64,000 bases of DNA, taken from Octopus bimaculoides. Its lineage: Eukaryota. This document shows, one piece after another, positions 60,446-64,000 of the stretch. The DNA lies in the NCBI RefSeq assembly GCF_001194135.2, contig NC_068987.1, positions 85,223,195 through 85,287,194 of the forward strand. Direction: 5' to 3'. Both the position numbers and the translations under genes were made by a program. The notes under the pieces were generated by a model. That model worked only from the letters and a program-made list of their open reading frames with translations, made no database searches and was not told where the DNA came from. Within the stretch, counting starts at the first letter, position 1; every line of letters begins with the position of its first letter.

Positions 60446-60697
60446 GTGAACATGGAGTCAAGTTGTTATGTATGGTTGAATGGACATCAGTAGCTTCATA
60501 TATTATTATATAGCCGTTAGCTATATATCTCAGTATGATGTATAGTAACGGTAGTGGTGGTAGTGGTGGTGGTGGTGGTGGAGATGATAGTTTATCGACG
60601 TGATGGTGGTGGTGGTGGCTTTGGTGGACAGCAGAGATTACGAAAGTAAACGTGATGCGGAGGAGTGGGGGCAACTTTCTATATGTCGTAGATATAT

Positions 60698-60735
<38 letters not shown>

Positions 60736-61344
60736 ATGAAGATGGTAGTCGCGTTGATTGAATACAGTAAAGGTGATAACGATGGTGGTGGTGGTGGTGG
60801 TGGTGGTGTTGGTGGTGATGCTGATGATGGTGATATGCTGATAGTGATGGTGATGATTGTGGTAATTATGATATTGGTAGTAGTAGCAGTGGTAGCAGAA
60901 GCAGTAGTAGTAGTAGTAGTAGTAATAGTAGTAGTTGTTGTTGTAGTACGATGACGGTGGGGGAAGATGTTGGATGTCGTTCGATTGGGTTGTAGACCCC
61001 CTCCTCCTCACAAACAAGTATGAGACTGAGTAACGATGCGAAGTTGACATTAACAGAAATCGTNNNNNNNNNNNNNNNNNNNNNNNNNNNNNNNNNNNNN
61101 NNNNNNNNNNNNNNNNNNNNNNNNNNNNNNNNNNNNNNNNNNNNNNNNNNNNNNNNNNNNNNNNNNNNNNNNNNNNNNNNNNNNNNNNNNNNNNNNNNNN
61201 NNNNNNNNNNNNNNNNNNNNNNNNNNNNNNNNNNNNNNNNNNNNNNNNNNNNNNNNNNNNNNNNACGGTAGTAGCATTTTGATAATGTTTTTGTTTTTTT
61301 TTCAGTTCTATCACAGGACCTGAAGTTTTTAACGGAAGCAGGGA

Positions 61345-61512
61345 GTTGACTATATCAGCTACAGTAATTGTCTGGTACTTCTTTTATCGACCCCCGAAAA
61401 AGTATAAAAGACAAAGTCGACCTCGGTGGCATTTGAACTCAGACCGTAAAATCAGACGAAATGCCACTAAGCATTTACTCAGAAGTGTTAATGATACTAT
61501 CAGCTCACCGCC
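61345..61512 (-). mobile_element. SINE family B
   Basis: ctggtacttcttttatcgaccccg...caaagtcgacctcggtggcatttgaactcag...cagctcaccgcc. Confidence 0.8.
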
Positions 61513-61894
61513 CTCTTTAGAAATTAACAATAAAAAATGGCGCAAACGTTATGTAATTTCAGCCAGTTGTAAGCCACCATTACCTACATACCAGAACATG
61601 CATTTATCTGATGGTAGAGGGATGTGTGTGTCTGCTTCTCTGACAAATCAATAGAGTGAGATTTGGGAAATATTTGAATATTTAGTTGTTACTTCTAGGC
61701 TCTCCACTTCTATTTTTTATTGGTGACCATGATCACGCTGTTGCTAGTTAAATCTGATAGAACATGTCTTATGTCTAACTGGTTGTTAGTTGAACGAATA
61801 GGTGCATCTTAATTAGTCATTGTTCTAGATCAGAGTCCCCCAAGATGGGGTAGAATTATTCACGAAGAGTCAAATTTTCTCTTTCTGAATTGGT

Positions 61895-62280
61895 ATCTTT
61901 TACTTATTTCAGTTATTGGACTGCGGCCATACTGGAGGCACTGCCTTGAAGGGCTTAGCCAAACAAATCGACACCAGATCGAATTTTCTTTAAGGTCTGA
62001 TACTTCATCTATTGGTTATCTGTTGCTGAACCGCCAGGTTACGGGAACGTAAACAAACCAACATCAGTTGCCAAGCGATGGGGAGGGCGAAACAAAGGCG
62101 TGCGTTGTGTGTGTGTGTGTGCGTAAACGATGGGCTTCAACACAGTTTCTGTTAACCAAATTCACTTACAAGATATTGATCGGCGCGTGGATATAGAAAA
62201 AGGCACTTGGGCCAGGTGCCGCACAATAATATTGAAATCGAAACCACGCGTTTACAAACCAAGCTTCTTAACCATACAGA
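61895..62280 (-). mobile_element. SINE family A, near full-length, old
   Basis: ttacttatttcagttattggactgcggccatactggaggcactgcc...gttacgggaacgtaaac...cgatgggcttcaacacagtttc...cttgggccaggtgccgc. Confidence 0.75.
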
Positions 62281-62734
62281 CATTTCTTTTCCTTTATTTC
62301 TTTTCTTTTTTTCTTTTTTTCCTGTTTTCCTCGTAATTTTTCTTTTTCATCTGAAGCTCAGAAAAAAATTGAAGTAGGCGTGTTTTGTGAGAAAAAAAAG
62401 AGAAAAGAGAATGGTTTTCTCTTTTTTTTTTCTACCACATCAGACTTAACGATCTGTATTGGAGACTTGTTAATTAGTGAGTTACTAATGGAGTAGTCTA
62501 ATTTAGAAGACTATGTTTAGTTCTGCTATCTGTTCATCATTAGTTCATAAATAAATGAAATACCATTGTTATGTCCCATTTTTATTGTTATTTGAACTTT
62601 AATTAATGAGGTTTAAAAGCAGTATTTTAAATTTTCTCTTTGTCGGTTGTTTTATTATGATAACAGAAGCGTAAGCACGAATTACTGAGCGAACCAAAGA
62701 CGAGATAAACTTACAAATATCCATCCCTTTATCC

Positions 62735-63065
62735 AGGCGCCGGATAAGAAGCTTGATTCCAAACCACATAGTTCTGGGTTCGGTGTCACACAGTGATACC
62801 GTGGGCAAGTGTCTTCTACTGTAGTCACAGACCGACCAAGGTCTCGTGATTAGATTTGGCGGACGGAAACTGAAAGAAGCAACTCGTATATGTGTGTGTG
62901 TCTTTGACACGCTTGACAACCGGTGTTCATGTGTTTACGTTCCTGTAATTTAGAAAGACCGATGGTGTAAGTACCAGGCTTAAAGAAAATTTTAAAACTG
63001 GGGTTGATTCATTCGACTAAAAAGTCTCCAGTATGGACCCTTGTGACTGAAACATATAAAAGATA
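62735..63065 (+). mobile_element. SINE family A, near full-length, old
   Basis: aaccacatagttctgggttcgg...gtgggcaagtgtcttctactg...gatttggcggacggaaactgaaagaagc...gtgactgaaac. Confidence 0.8.
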
Positions 63066-63067
63066 AA

Positions 63068-63615
63068 GATCCATCCATCCACCCACCCATCCACCCGCCC
63101 ATCTAACCGACCATCCACCTACCAATCCACCCATTCATCAATCAGTCCATTCATCCATCCATCTATCTTACCAGCCAGCCAGCCAGCCAGCCAGCCATCA
63201 GGCCATCCATTCAACCATCCATCTTCTCCGCCCATTATTTCTTGGTGGGTGGTGGAGGTGCAGTCCGCAGGCACTTCCTCCCTAGGGTCCTATCACACAC
63301 AACCGTCATTATAATTTTCTGCTGGATTCCTAAACTTGACCAACTGAGACTATGGGTCCTATTCAAATCATCTCGTTCTTGCTCTCCCTTTGGTTCACCT
63401 GCCATTTGGCTCGGCTTGAAGATTTTGCTCTTACGATTCGTTCCTGCGACGTTCTAATCACACATGTCCATAATACTAGAGTTGTGACGTCACAATGCAG
63501 AGATTTACCAGCTCGACCAGGAGAGACTCTTTGAACACTGAGCTACGTACCGTTACTCCTGAGATTCTTCAGAGGAACCTCATTTTGGCCACTTGCATTT
63601 GCGGACTTACTCTTG
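63068..63615 (-). mobile_element. RTE-clade LINE (Rex3/Expander-like), 3' fragment with a (GATG)n-derived tail
   Basis: Minus-strand translation with stops and frameshifts: QVAKMRFL*RISGVTVRSSVFKESLLVELVNLCIVTSQL*YYGHVIRTSQERIVR...SLSWSSLGIQQKIIMTVVCDRTLGRKCLRTAPPPP, matching the RTE motifs EMRFLRR..G, SQLRW.GH and W..LGI; (CATC)n tail at 63068-63225. Confidence 0.78.
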
Positions 63616-63794
63616 CGATCGTTACTCAACATTCATGTCCAAAACGGATTTAAGTCACGATTGCATAGTTGAAAACTTGTGTCACTGAAGGATACTTAAT
63701 AGCATAGAATTATTACCTTTTGGAAAAATTTTAAGATTCCAGAGAGTAATTTTGATACTGCTTTTAGGCTTAAAAAAATTCTTCATCCTTATCC

Positions 63795-63950
63795 GTATCA
63801 TAGGTGCGGGCATATCTGTATGGTCAAGAAACTAACAGCTTTAGGTCCAGTTCCAATGCGCGGCACCTTGGGCTAGGATCTACTACTATAGCTCTCCAAG
63901 CTACCGAGTGCGTTGTGAGTGGATTTGCTAGAAGAAAACTGCGTAGAAGT
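63795..63950 (+). mobile_element. SINE family A, 5' half, old
   Basis: ggtccagttccaatgcgcggcaccttgggctaggatctactactatagc...ttgtgagtggatttgctagaagaaaactg. Confidence 0.7.
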
Positions 63951-64000
63951 CCTTTGTGCATGATTCTTCTTTGAATTTAATTTCTTGAGAGAGTTCAAGA

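Noticed and set aside
63352-63534. Plus-strand ORF MGPIQIISFLLSLWFTCHLA... that looks like a signal peptide
   Set aside because: It is the antisense of the decayed RTE/Rex3-like LINE fragment.

Overview
This is eukaryotic (animal) genomic DNA from a fragmented assembly, with about 19 N-gaps. It is AT-rich and dominated by microsatellites and transposon debris. The repeat landscape and SINE types suggest a coleoid cephalopod, probably Octopus; this is inferred from memory and not verified by a search. Almost every ORF in the supplied track is an artefact of microsatellites or N-gaps. There is no long coding region, rRNA, true tRNA gene or CRISPR array. Well-supported content: (i) about 35 copies or fragments of three to four tRNA-derived SINE families, here called A, B, C and D; (ii) four non-LTR retrotransposon 3' fragments (two R4/Dong-like, one CR1/L2-like, one RTE/Rex3-like); (iii) a clean TA-flanked Tc1/mariner (pogo/Tigger-type) MITE nested in a SINE, a degenerate hAT MITE and two fold-back elements; (iv) a few weakly supported spliced-exon candidates for unidentified host genes. 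The most interesting signals are five degenerate minimal hammerhead-ribozyme-like motifs of the type carried by Penelope-like elements, one at the end of a 295-bp inverted repeat. Also notable are a LINE 3' end that shares its tail with SINE family A (a possible SINE-LINE partner pair), a covarying 3'UTR stem-loop in two divergent Dong-like LINEs, and several near-perfect RNA hairpins that are candidate dsRNA or A-to-I editing substrates.
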